Shown: in pieces, positions 51,301 through 63,550 of the stretch
Numbering within the stretch: the first letter of the stretch is position 1
How the letters are laid out: each line of letters starts with the position of its first letter
Origin: Albugo candida
Lineage: Eukaryota
Direction: 5' to 3'
Assembly (NCBI GenBank): GCA_040437565.1
Contig: JBDOQK010000072.1
Location: 1 to 64,000 of the forward strand
DNA length: 64,000 nt
Notes under the pieces: generated by a model
Database searches by the model: none
What the model was told of the DNA's origin: nothing
Seen by the model: the letters and a program-made list of their open reading frames with translations, nothing else
Made by a program: the position numbers and the translations under genes

Positions 51301-51773
51301 AAAGAATGTTCGACGCGAGCCAAGCATATCGACATTTAGCTCAAGTTCATCAAAGATTGTGCTAAACGGGGCATCGCAAAGCCATGTTATGTGCTCACCG
51401 GAGAGATGGCAGCTGACTTGCTTACGAAGACATTTAGCGCTGTTCGACTATAACAATTGATGGGGCTATGTTCGCTGATACGCGAAACTAGTAAGGATCA
51501 GGACATGAATTTGGGTAACAAACACACGGCGCCGTGAGGAAGGAGTGGTGGAAAGTAACGACTCCACATTGCCATCCGCCGGGCGTTTTGGGGAAACGAT
51601 CCAAGAATCTAAATAGTGGTTTCGTATACCTTCCGCTGGGACTGTCCCGACGCGGTGATTTTGTAATTAAGTAGACCGTAGAAAGAGAAACTAACAGTCA
51701 TGAATAATATACTTACTTCTATTTTCCCTACCTTCAGTGAAGAAAATTTTCATTCTGTGCGGCATTTACGACA

Positions 51774-52434
51774 ATCGCAAAATAGCGGACTATGAAACTT
51801 CTATCCAAATGAGCGCATATCTGGACAGCTATCACCTTAGACTTTGGCATATTAATTTCTTCAAATAGGGATAAAAATCCTGCGGATCGCGAGTCTGTAA
51901 GGTCGAAAAATGCTCTCTTCCATCAAGCAAGCCGTTTCAAAAGCTGAATATGAGCTTGGCTGAGATTCTCAACTGGATAAACCCAAAAATAGAAGAAAAA
52001 TCACAGTATCAAACATCTATATGTGTAACCTGCATATCAAGTACAAGGTTTGCTTCCATGCTACAAAGTACGTGTTCGACACTCTGGAAACGTTGCCTAC
52101 ATGTTTACACGCGAGACGTGCATCCTTACGTATTTACTTACTCAGATAAAATTCAATTCTAATTTAGAAAATCTGTCCGTCAAACCAGGCTGAGAATACG
52201 ATTACGGTATCGTACACCTATGTGTCCCAACTGCATGTTTACGTTCAGGTTTGCTTCCATGCTTACAAAGTACGTGATCGGTAGTCGACTGCGCTACCAA
52301 CTTGTCTACGCTGCGAGGCGTGCAACTTTTGTTTTGTAAAATACCCATATAGGTAGAGCCTACCCAAGTCGAACATGCATTTGAGCAGAACTCACAACTC
52401 AACGATAGGAATAACATAAGATGTGCTCTTCCAT
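51774..52434 (-). pseudogene. 5' part of decayed gene X (copy 1), possible signal peptide
   Basis: Paralogous to 62121-62501. Hydrophobic start (M...LMLFLSLSCEFCSNA) and WKRAFFDLTDSRSAGFLSLFEE frame with stops/frameshifts. Confidence 0.6.
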
Positions 52435-52516
52435 ATATTGTGTGGTGGTGGACTGAACCATGATAAATTCAGCTAAAAGGTTATCACAATCTAATAATAC
52501 ATCCTCGGAAAACACA

Positions 52517-53566
52517 ATGAAGATCTACTTGGCACTTTCGTGCTGCACTGCTTTGCTTGGAGTCTTACCAGCATATTGCCATCACGTCGACGGATACAGC
52601 ATGTGGTTCCACTGTTCCTTTTACGAAAATGTAAGCTTGAGGAAGTGTGGGCCAAGTGTCAGAATAACAAAGATAATTCAGCATGGATATCTCATGCAAT
52701 TTTATATGGAAGAGGACAGTGATGCCACACCTCCGTTGTCGCGATGCCTGCCTGAAACGCCAATAAGAGAAAAAAGCCATATCGACCGAATCATAGGAAA
52801 ATTCTTGTATCGAATAGTATTATCTGGCGATTGTTATAGTTATGACGTGATGAAGCACTACAATCCAGAAGTCAAAGTAAGCGCGAAGTATACCTATGAC
52901 CACACTATAGCAGGTTGTTGGAAAATATCTACGAAGCTCATGGAGAATTTACAGGATAACAGGAAGCTGACGTACTGGGAAGACGATCAAATGACTCTTG
53001 ATCCTGACAAATTCTTAGAATTGGCTCCAAAAGGAACCTATTCATTCACGCAGCATGGTGACTACATTCGTATAAATTACGATCTGGATGCTTCAAAGAT
53101 CGGTGGTCAAGGTAGCGATTTCAAGCCTGAGGACGATCTTCGTATTTCTAATATCAAAGCGGGTGAAGCAGAATACTCCGAACAAAAGGTACATATACGT
53201 CTCGCTGATTATGTAACCAAACTACCAGCGAAACCTTATGAAATGTTCATAGAATGGCTCCAAACGAAGTATATCATAAATCACAGATATGGTACGTTAG
53301 AAGAACGTGGTGACGCCTCCTCCGCCAATCAATTCTTGATCACAATTCCTGGTAACCCGCCCGAAGATGTATACCCTTTCGTCGATTGGGACGACGCTTC
53401 ATTGCAAATCGTTCTTAGCGATAGTGAACACTGGGTGCTGAACCATCGGTATTTGAAGGTGTTCAATATCAACATAAGCACACATGGTGACACAAAAACG
53501 TATAACATAACCCATCGTAATAGGCTAGCGAATTTCAAGGCTGGCAATATATCGATTGATGGTTAG
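52517..53566 (+). CDS. Intronless putative secreted protein (gene Y), candidate effector, 349 aa
   Basis: Signal-peptide-like MKIYLALSCCTALLGVLPAYC. Long intact ORF in a TE/pseudogene-rich region with no recognisable domain. An in-frame upstream ATG exists at 52460. Confidence 0.8.
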   Translation: MKIYLALSCCTALLGVLPAYCHHVDGYSMWFHCSFYENVSLRKCGPSVRITKIIQHGYLMQFYMEEDSDATPPLSRCLPETPIREKSHIDRIIGKFLYRIVLSGDCYSYDVMKHYNPEVKVSAKYTYDHTIAGCWKISTKLMENLQDNRKLTYWEDDQMTLDPDKFLELAPKGTYSFTQHGDYIRINYDLDASKIGGQGSDFKPEDDLRISNIKAGEAEYSEQKVHIRLADYVTKLPAKPYEMFIEWLQTKYIINHRYGTLEERGDASSANQFLITIPGNPPEDVYPFVDWDDASLQIVLSDSEHWVLNHRYLKVFNINISTHGDTKTYNITHRNRLANFKAGNISIDG

Positions 53567-55879
53567 CACATACCTTCGTTATAAAATATATAATGCTTTT
53601 ACCAATCCAAGATTTGACTTTTCCAGTGCCCAGATTGCTTCGTACGCCGAGCAATATTCTCAAATCTACCTGGAAGCAAACATGCATCGATCAGTAGACA
53701 GTCTTGTAAATCTGCTACTTCTTACCGTTGACACGAAAAACTCAACGTTTGTAGTCTTCATTGATTATCTTGGTGGTCGTCGACAGTATTACAAAGGACT
53801 TGAGCGGGATAGGCAGCGTCAAGTCTGGATACAAAGTAATTGAGCCGTTGATGGAAGCGCTTACTGTCGTCTTCCATAAGACCGATCGCTCTGCAAATTA
53901 TTTTGCCGTACGCATCCGCGTCATTCTTCGAAATCAGTCGATTCGACTCGATAGACAGAATCCATCAGGACACTTCGAGCGTTAAGCTCACCTATTACTC
54001 CGGCAGGTTTGGAAACTAAAAAAGTTGATCGCTTTACATGTGAGAAGCAAACGAAGCGTTGCAATGGGTTCGAGTGACATCAAGCATATCTGCTGTTCAA
54101 CAAGGGCGTATTTTAAATTGATTCACAAACCATTGTTTCCATCGCAAACATGAAGATACGACAAAGTTATACTCCAAGGTCACACTGGCGGTGGGGTGGA
54201 AGTAAGTTGTCAAGAGGTCCACATTGAGGATGATTTGAGTTTCAAAGGAGATGCTTGAAACAGCAACGTGACATGGAATACGGACGAGAAAAATGCGAAA
54301 ACTTCAGTTGGGTTTTTAGACTACTACTCAGCTTAGTTGCATTTTTTTTCGTCGACTATGCCAGCTGCATTTGAAGATCATGTAGGAATCTGATTACGCG
54401 CACTTGATGCTAGTGAGAAAATGTGGAGGAGCTCAAGGCAGTAAATCATAGGGACGGCTTCCTACTTGGCTCATAACAAAGAATGTAAGGGGTCATTGTC
54501 AAGCGCAAACTTCATTGCGCAAAAGTAACTTTGTCTTGCTTTCGTGGATAAGGCTCATGCTTTAAACGTCCAGGACATGAAGAGTAATAGTACTTGATGT
54601 TGGGTGGTGAGCGAAGATGGTTGTGTTTCAGGAAAATGCCAAAATTGAGGGTTTTTTAGAAAATTAAATCTCTAAGCAATCGTTAGACCAAGAACCAAGT
54701 GCGACTAAAACGACTGAAAGCCTGGAGCGCATTCTTGAGTCATTCCAACACTCGAACGTGTCAATCGCGAAAAAAGTCCGAATCGCCACCTTATTAAAGA
54801 ATCCGCAATCGTCACCTTGCTGGAATAGGTCAAATTCTAATCGTAAGCATATTGTCACGTCGATGAGGAACAACTTCGTATTGATGCAAAAAAGACTTCC
54901 ATACAAGAATGATCTATCGTAGAAAAAGCATAGAAACATGTGCGTATCCCTAAGCATTCGTCGACAGACAACTTTCTCGCGTGCTGATAGATCGTTCGGG
55001 AATGCAGGCATAATATCGCGGATGTGTCTGTCATGTAGAATAGAAAAAAGTTACAAAGGATGAATCACGAAAATGGGCCAAAAGAGAGCTTGTTCTCATT
55101 CTTTTGATTTGTGATATTTGCAACGTCCCAACACGTGAATCATAGATACAAGACTGCCTCTGTGCGCTTGATAAAGAGCATATTGCCCAGTAACAGAAAT
55201 CCCCTCCTATCGGATCAAAATAACACCATTGCTTCATTTCTAAAACCATATAAAACGCCTTCACGTTAATAATTCCGAGCATTCTGATTGATGCAAGCAG
55301 GTGAGCGCAGTCCGAAATTGCATATTTTGGAAATGTTATCGTCGGTCGATGACATATTCTCTAACGATTAATCGCAATATGCGTACAAACATCTTCCAAA
55401 AGTATCGTGAATCACCCACTGTATCTAGTCTAACTCCCATGCTTGTTCCAAGTTCAGCGTTTGACTGGATCACATTGGAAAGCTCTCTCCGGGTATAGTA
55501 CTTCAATACGATTTGAGGTGCCCATAACGCCCGATTCTTCCAACTAACGGATAACATTTCGATGCCCACATCCGTATTTTTCAAGCCTAATTTTTCTCGA
55601 TACCTTTTCTGCTTATTAAGCGCCACTAAGTCTTGATTCGAAATACCGCTATACGTTGGCGTCTATTTCTTTTGCACTGTGTGTAGTATTCGGTTGCCTA
55701 ATCGGTTTCAAGTCAACAGGTTTAGTGAGTCGATATCGATACGTTATTCACGCAGAATGTAATTTCAGGAAAAAAGGAATGATTTTTTTCATCTGTAAAT
55801 CCTTCTTCAATCGTTTAGAGCCCTAGATGCTAGTGAAGCCATCGTCACATTCCACAAAAAAAAATCTGACTACTTCAGA

Positions 55880-56600
55880 AACTGCTACTTAAGAGAAAAA
55901 GTCGCACAAGAAATCAGACTGCATCGATCGTCGAGTCGTTGACCCATTCCAACGTTCTGAATATTTCTCGTCCATATTTATCACGCGATTATGAGAAGGT
56001 GGTTACATCACAGAATACCTCTCAGGACGGACAGAATTTTTACGCAATCTAGGAATTTTGTTCACGTGGATCTCCGGCTGAGCCAAGCAGACATCAAGAG
56101 TTTTGGCTGGATTTTGATCGAGAGAAGCTTAAAAGTATGTTTGCCGTTTACGAGTTGCCTTGCTGTTCCTTAAATGAGCCATCAAGACTCGAAATTCGCT
56201 AATGTGCTACTTAGTTCGGTTTATCAAGCAAAAATATCAAACTTTGGGCTGGTGACCAGCATCTTGTACGATGTGTATTTCTGTACTCGATACTAATGTT
56301 TCACATGCAAGGATTACCATTCTACATTTTGCGGAAGGTATTTCAGTATTGGGGATTCTAGTAAGACGATTGGACGAATTAAACTAAGAGCAAATGGACA
56401 TTTGGTCCCTTGAAAAGATGCTTCATGGCTTGCTTCGGCAAAACTTAATTCCGACAGAAAGATGGTTGGGTTATAAAATTGAATTAGGGCTCTCCTCAAG
56501 GAGCTCATCAACCATGTGTGTAGTGAAACGAACACCAGTTCCCTTATTTGAGGAGTTGTCCTCTGGAGCAGCAGATATGGTTCTCGGCTAACTGCATTCT
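55880..56600 (+). pseudogene. Ser/Thr protein kinase remnant, Polo-like
   Basis: Ordered degenerate subdomains across frames: REKVAQEIRLHRS / LTHSNV (III-IV), QDGQNFYAI*EFCSRGS (V), HQDSKFANVLL..AKISNFGL (VIb-VII), PFYI (VIII), DIWSL (IX). Confidence 0.75.
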
Positions 56601-59513
56601 GTCCGTAATCTGATGTCAACTTTTGAATGATGGATGCGGACTTGGAACAAGCATATTGCAATGAAGCTACTTATAGCGTGAGAAGTGTTACGTCACGTCA
56701 TTTTAGGCTGTAAGCACTCGATGAAGAAGAAATGAAAATCAATATGTGACCCCGAAGAGTCACCCGAAATTATCAACTAAATGCAGTACAGAAAATTATT
56801 CTGTCGCCACCTAAGGCATCATCAACCAGCATGATCGGCGAATCTGATTACTAGTGGGGTATATTTATGGATACTAGCGATGAAATTTTCAAGTTCGACT
56901 TCCATATTCCGAAAACAACGAGATAAGAATCCATAGACACGCAATCAGTGCGAGGCAGCATCACGACAATAGCGAAAATGAGGCATTTGGATGATAGGGT
57001 GGCATCGGATCCTATCAAATACTAAGAACATCGAGGATGAGGCGGTGTCTCGAATCATCATCAGAGCCGATATTCAAGGTGGCCGAAGTCCTGGGGTCCG
57101 TGTGCAAGGAGAACTTTCGTGCTACACTTACTTTAAGGATTGATGGAGTGAAAGTTCACGGCGTTTTTATCTGCGCCTCTCGCCTAGCCTCAATCATTTA
57201 CATCATCTGACCATAGACGTTGTGTACGACCAGCAAAATAGTTATGGGCATTCCGAGTCTCCATTTCTTGCATTTGAAAAAAACCATCCAGTCGCAACGT
57301 ACTCGAAAATTTATATTCGAATTCGTCTTTCGTATCGTATAAAACCGCGCTACTTAGGATATGCCTCTGGTTCACTGTATAAGCTCTTATCTTTCATGGA
57401 TGGTAGGTTGCCGAAGCGTTTGTAAGTTGTGCAGTTCTGTCCAGATGGTTGCTTTACCTTGTTGCGACAAAAATATGGAAGAGGAATTCGCTAATTGGAA
57501 CTCGTTGCAGGTTAATCTGAAGATGTTGAATGAATTGATGCAAAGGCTGAAGGCAAGTGCAAACTTTCCGAGATAGGAAGAGCATAGCTTGAGTGAAATC
57601 AGGTACCTAGACATCGCTTTCTTTGATCTCTTCTCTAGCTCAGTCCCCATTCTAACGAGCTACCATTCCGACAAGACTACTAATCGAACTGGGATAAATT
57701 TATCTTCAAAGTTTTGAGTTCTCTGAGGACGGCGAGCAACAAACTTCAGCGTCGTTGATCATTTTGCCAACGAAAAGCAAACGAAAACCTCAAGCTGTTC
57801 CTCAGTTTCTTAAGCTCTTCTAAGCGAAAAGAGTACTTAACAAACAGTGGAAAAAGTCAGCATTGAATTGTGCTTAGTCAGCTGTATCAAATAGTAGAAG
57901 CGTGTGAATTCAATGCACTCGAAATTTTTCGTTTCTTTACTCCGCGACAAAATTCCACTTGCGTATTGATCACGTCGTACTAGACGGTTGGAACATTTCC
58001 GTAGTTCGAGTACTTAAGGCTACGCAATACTCCATCTGGTATATATCTCATAGCTATTCACAACCCGGAAGCAGTGGTTTGAACTCAGATTTGATACTTT
58101 TCAAAACGGTAGCCTGTTTGGTTGGAATAATGGATGCTTGCATGACCTGGTATCTATTTACAACGCGCGGGCAAATCCTTTTAGCATGAATGACGCTAGC
58201 GATCGCTTCTCACAAGAACGATATGTCAACTATGTGTGTCAACTATCAATGCCCACAAAAGCCGATATCGCTCCGCTAAGCCACTGCTTTTGATGTCAAA
58301 GTTGGGTACTGCACAAAATCGTCCATGTGACGGATTCATAGCCTAATATCATACTTTATCAGTCAACGGTATCGCGTTCGTCGGATTGAATTGGCATTTG
58401 CGAACCTGGAGATCATCTCTTGGCTACTATTTTCAGGTCTCCCTGGCTGAAAGCTTAGCTGGTCCGTGTTCCGCGCATTCGGACGAGATATTGAGGCACT
58501 TGCACGGATTAAAGTGGACACTAGACGCTGCGCGAACCGGGACCGTTCTTTTGTCGGAGCTACCATGGATTTCGAAAGAGGCAGTAAGACTTTATCAATC
58601 GAAAGACACTAAGTTCTTACCATGTGTTTCCCAACAACGCAATATATATTCCTAATCATTCCCCGCGCTCTTGGCAATGCTGTAGGCATAATCTCAAAGA
58701 GAGGTGAATAAGGGCACCAAATACCACTCAAAGATACAAACATCAAACTTAAAGTGAAGCCTAGTTCATCAGCAATACTTGACGATAGCACTGCATTGAA
58801 AGACGCGAGATGGATCGCAACTCAAGCCAGTCAACATTTATTGAGCCTGTGCCGTCCTTCAATGCACAGCACGTGAGAGTTCTTCAGAAGCATTCTCAGT
58901 AGCGCGTGCTTCGTTTCCGATGATAACACGCTTGTAACGTCTATTGAGTAGTGCATGTGCAAAGCGTTGAGGATTTGATACCACGGTATATAAAGGCGAT
59001 CGATATTATTTTGTACAATTCGCATCTTCCCATCTTTCTGAGACTCACGAGCCAGAAATCTTCACGTACGTCAGAAAGCCGTTATTAATACGGGGCAAAA
59101 TAAGTTTGTGGATTACGGAATTACCCGAACGAGTGTTTGATTTCTCAGAAGCTTGCAGCAACGCATCAGAAATCATTGGTCATTTGACTGCTACCTGAAA
59201 GCCGGTACTTTTGTGAAATGCACGATAATCTTGAAGGATCGGGATTTATACATATATGTGCGTTTTTGTTCCCACCGTTGGAACTGACAGCTCATAGAAA
59301 TCTTCAGAAATACCCAAATTGCCGTGTTTATTTTGCAATGCATGGCTTCCATCCGTCACATATAGCTGCTGATTTGCGTATCGCAGCAGAAAGACGAAAG
59401 CGTGTCTCGGGAAAAAGAAAAGGTGAAGTGACCACCGACTCGGATGCATGGATCTCACGCGGTCGCAAAAGGCAATTATCAATTCTCGTCGTGTCACTGT
59501 CCACTATCTTTGT

Positions 59514-59552
59514 TCTGCTTTTTTTTGGTCTGCTTTTTTTTGGTCTGCTTTT
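59514..59552. repeat. 15-bp tandem repeat (TCTGCTTTTTTTTGG x ~2.5)
   Basis: Directly visible. Reads KADQKKADQKKAEQ on the minus strand. Confidence 0.8.
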
Positions 59553-61721
59553 AATATTTTTTGGATGTACGGTAAGCGAAAAGACGGACGCCGCGTTCCT
59601 TGTGATATTCCATCGATTCGGTGCTCAAATTTGTATCTAAATCCTAATTCAAATGAAAACATTGGAGACTCTGCATCATATCGATGGCTACGATCAGGAT
59701 ACAGCGATACGCGCATTTCATTCATATCGACATTGTTGACGAAGTTGAATCGGTACATTGTCAGTGGGATTTTGCACTCGGATGACATTGCCAAAATCTC
59801 ATAAACCGTCTGAGCTCCAAAACGTTAATGACAAAACTCTTCAAGTACGCTGTCGTCGTAGAAGAGGGCTTTTCGACGTCGAGAATACCACCATTTGAAG
59901 CGACAGAGCAAGAGTCTTCTCAGCAAAGGTCAAATTGGATAAGTGGGACATTGAAATAAATCGCTTTCTGGACTCTCTCTCAATTTTGGTGTCGCTTTCA
60001 AGAAATAGAAACCCTACATCAGCTACTCGAGCAGCTTGAAGAGCTCGTCTTAATTCGGTTGTAGATGTGTAATTATCCCGCAGACATTAGCATGAATCGA
60101 ATTATTTCGTTCGTCTAATGGTCGAATGGATTTCAAGCGGCTTTGGACACAACGCACTTGGTCTTAATCACCAATGGTTACCCATGTGCCCGCGTGCCCG
60201 CTTCTCCTCATCAAATGTGGTCCGATGAAAGCCACTCGAGCACATCACCGTATAGGTAGTGTACTTCCATGATTCTGAAGCAACACAACGGATATATTCG
60301 TGCGAGATCCATGTTTTTTTATCGTTTTGTGTGTCCTGACATCTTCAGATGTAATGTGTGGCTAGTTAGCGATGGGATCGAAGAGGCGGGTTTCAACTCT
60401 CAATTGTAGCGTGCATCCAGCATCTATATCGACTTCAGCGGAGAAACTCGTAATATTAGCAATTTTTTATCTCATCCCCAGTGAGCTTTCCGTTGCCTAT
60501 ATCAACTTCCGATCAAATTGCAATCTTAGCCACTTCACATAGCTTATTTGTTGTGGCCTTTCAAAATTCCTTAAATTTTCGTGTATGGCTCGGGCTGGAC
60601 CCTTAACACCCAACTTGATCGCGAAGCAATCCATGAAGCCACGTATTTACACAAATTACGACAATATCTAAAGTATGTTAAGAGCACATAATTAACTTTG
60701 CATTCCCGTAGAAAAGAGACTTCGACAAGATGAAAAGAACGCGTCAGCAAAGTCGTAAGCAGATACAATTGCATGAAATTGAGTCCTATCAGTTCCACCA
60801 TAATACTAGTATGAGTACACCACGTAATGCTTCAGTGTCAAAACTGCTTGTAGAAATCGCCTGTCTTGAAATTCTTGGTATCCGATCGTAAACGCAAGAC
60901 ATAGCTTGCATTCGCAAAGGATCTTCCGATGATTCCCATTTCTCTACCCCGTCGCTAATAGTCATGGATATTAATACTGATGTTGACGCACCACCAATCC
61001 AGACGGATATGCGGTAGATTATTGTAACTCTCATAACTCTCAATAGCACCTTCTTGCCACAATGCCGTAACTCTACTCCAATCACTGGTGCCCTTTTTTA
61101 AGCTTCATTTGGATCAAAAATGGCTACTAAACTTGCGTAAAGTTGTGCAATAGGTCCCACATCAGTCTGAGCCTAGTGTATGCAATTTAACCTCATTGTT
61201 TTTAGTCACCTGATGCGTCCACCGATTTCATGACTAGCTGCTCTAGCCTTCAGCATTCGCATTTTCTCTTCGAGTTGCAGTGGTTGCAATAAATTTCTGA
61301 CGTGATGCGTAAAGTAAGCAAAGGGACATTTACAAGACAGAACTTAATCGAAGGGTTACTCGCAAGCATGATATGTGACGACGGGATTGATCTCAGCATG
61401 GAGGCAGTGGCTGCAACCGAAAATACTCTCATCTACAGAAGAGTTTCAGATTGTATTTACGACAAATGAAATCGATGCGCATTGAAAAGCTGACATACCT
61501 AAAAACTTTTTGGTACAGCTGTATGAGTGTTCTTCACGCCAGCATGTATGGAGATACATGGCTTTTCATGAAAAGCGCTCCCATACCATCTCTAGCGACC
61601 ATACTGATACCACGTATCCCAAGAAATCAAAGGATACACGAAAAACAGCCATAATGCAACTCAGAATGCTTGACTACATGCATCTTACGGACACGTTGGA
61701 TGCACGCTGTCCTCTATATAG

Positions 61722-62501
61722 TCAGACAGAGAAATATTGATGAATTCCACTACTGTTGCTAAACGAAAAGTCACAAGAACGTTGGCATCTTGCATGTGTA
61801 CATTTGCTCGATTCTGTCACGCAATGATTGCTGTCTTCACGGTTGCAGGGCAGAATCGAGTCCATTTGGCATTGTAGGGATAAGGATAGAGACGTTTTGT
61901 CAGGTCTCCTGCTTCGACAAGGTATTACTGTCGGTCATATTTGCATTAGGCGCTACACAAAAGTAGTCTTCGTGTAGAAACCAGTCACAAAGATACTGAA
62001 AAGATACCTTGGGATGGCGATACTTTATTTACAGTAAAATCTGACGATGTACTTCAAATTATATCCGGCTTCCGATCAATTGAGACGTAAGCAGCATCGC
62101 ATGGTCGGTACATGTCAGCAATTGGGAATATCGGACTACGAATCTTCTATTTGAATGGGCGTATTTCTGGACAGCCATCAACTGAGACTTTGGAATATTG
62201 AGTTCTCCTCATAGGGACATATATCCCGCGGACCATGACTCTGTCAGGTCGAAAAATGCTACCTTCCATCAAGCAAGCCTTGTTGTAAGCGAAGTTGATC
62301 TTTATTGAGCATTTTGACTTGATAAACTCAAAAAAAATAGATGACGAAGTTATGCACTTATACGTCTCACCAGTAATTGTCACGTTCTAGTTCCATGTTC
62401 GCAAAGGCCTCATGCAGATAGATCTTGCCCCAATATTGATTATGCGGTTGGGCAGAAGTCACAGTTTAACGGTAGGGATAACATAAGTAGTGTGGTTCCA
62501 T
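61722..62501 (-). pseudogene. Decayed Cys-rich gene X (copy 2), without the Copia insertion
   Basis: Collinear with 43981-44375 + 51774-52434. LSLSLQCQMDSILPCNREDSNHCVTESSKCTHARCQRSCDFSF; stops and frameshifts. Confidence 0.7.
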
Positions 62502-62559
62502 ATATTGTGGTGGTGATTCGAGCCATGATCCATTTTCTAAAGGATCATCACAATCCAAT

Positions 62560-63550
62560 AATCCGGAAACATTTATATTCGTACGTACCACCTTGCTAGG
62601 GGTCTTATCAGCATATCTCAATCTCCTCAGCGAAAATTTCGTGGGTTTTGACTGTGCTTTTGTCGAGAAACTAGGGTATCGCAAGTGCGGGTCGACAGTT
62701 GAGATGTAAAAGGTGGGTTCGCAAAGATTTATCATGGCATTTTACATGGCTTACATGGATCGTAACCATGACAAATCTTCTCTTTTTCAACGCTGCTGGC
62801 CCGACAAGATCAAACCCTGAAATTGCCATTATGTACCGTATAGACCTCCCATCTAGCGATTCTTCTCCATTGAAAGAGACGAGGTACTATGATCCACAAG
62901 ATGTGGGAAATCAGGACCATACGCTTCGTTTTACTCCTTAACCAAAGACTTTTACAACCTAATTAGCGTTTTCGTCGAAACGTAAAAAAATTCTTTTAGT
63001 TGGAAAATATCTGTGCAGAGTTTGATCGTGGATAGGATGCTGGCGTACTGGCTGTATAGACGGACGCTCGGTACTGACAAATTTCTAGATAGGATTTAAA
63101 AGATGATCTAAAGAAGATCTATTCATTTATGCAGTATGTAGATCACTGTCGCTTAGATTACGGTCTTGATGCTCCAGCGATCGTGCTCAAGTCAGCGAAC
63201 CTAAGCCTGAGAAGGATCTATAATATATTGTGATCAAGAAAGATATATACATTTGGTAATAAATGGATCAACTACCGACGACAATGTATAAAGAGGCTAT
63301 AAAGGGTTTAGGAACGTCCGCTCAACAATAACATATTCGTTATGGTGATGATAGCGACGATGGTAGGTCATTGGATATCACAAATCCGGCAATCAACAGT
63401 GCCGAGAGGTTTACAAAGCTCATGCTCGTAACCGCGTTGATCGCTTTCCTAGCGTTAGCAGACATTGGGTGGGGGACCATCGCTACTTGATACTTTTGTA
63501 TTCAGCTTTAATACAAGGAATGAGACGAAACCAATCACTGGCAGTTACGA
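62560..63550 (+). pseudogene. Pseudogenised paralog of secreted gene Y
   Basis: Matches to Y include ttgctaggggtcttatcagcatat (LLGVL.AY), gttggaaaatatct (WKIS), gacaaatttcta, tattcattt..gcag, aagcctgag.a.gatct and tgggtg...accatcg.ta.ttga. The signal-peptide ATG is lost and there are multiple stops. Confidence 0.82.

Larger units (their letters stand above)
44376..51773 (+). mobile_element. Copia/Ty1 LTR retrotransposon B, degenerate, hosting nested insertions
   Basis: LTRs 44376-44605 and 51546-51773 (TG...CA, ~89% identical by hand count); PBS GGTTATGAGCCCAA 44606-44619; PPT GAGGAAGGAG 51536-51545. Protease WILDSGSSRH, ICSDIKG integrase, RT YVDDLLV (~50524) and RNase H DADFAGD/KHIDI, with many stops. 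Confidence 0.95.

Noticed and set aside
52517..52700. CHxC/CCG or RxLR effector motif in gene Y (AYCHHVDG)
   Set aside because: Neither CHxC, CxxCxxxxxG nor RxLR-dEER is actually present after the signal peptide.
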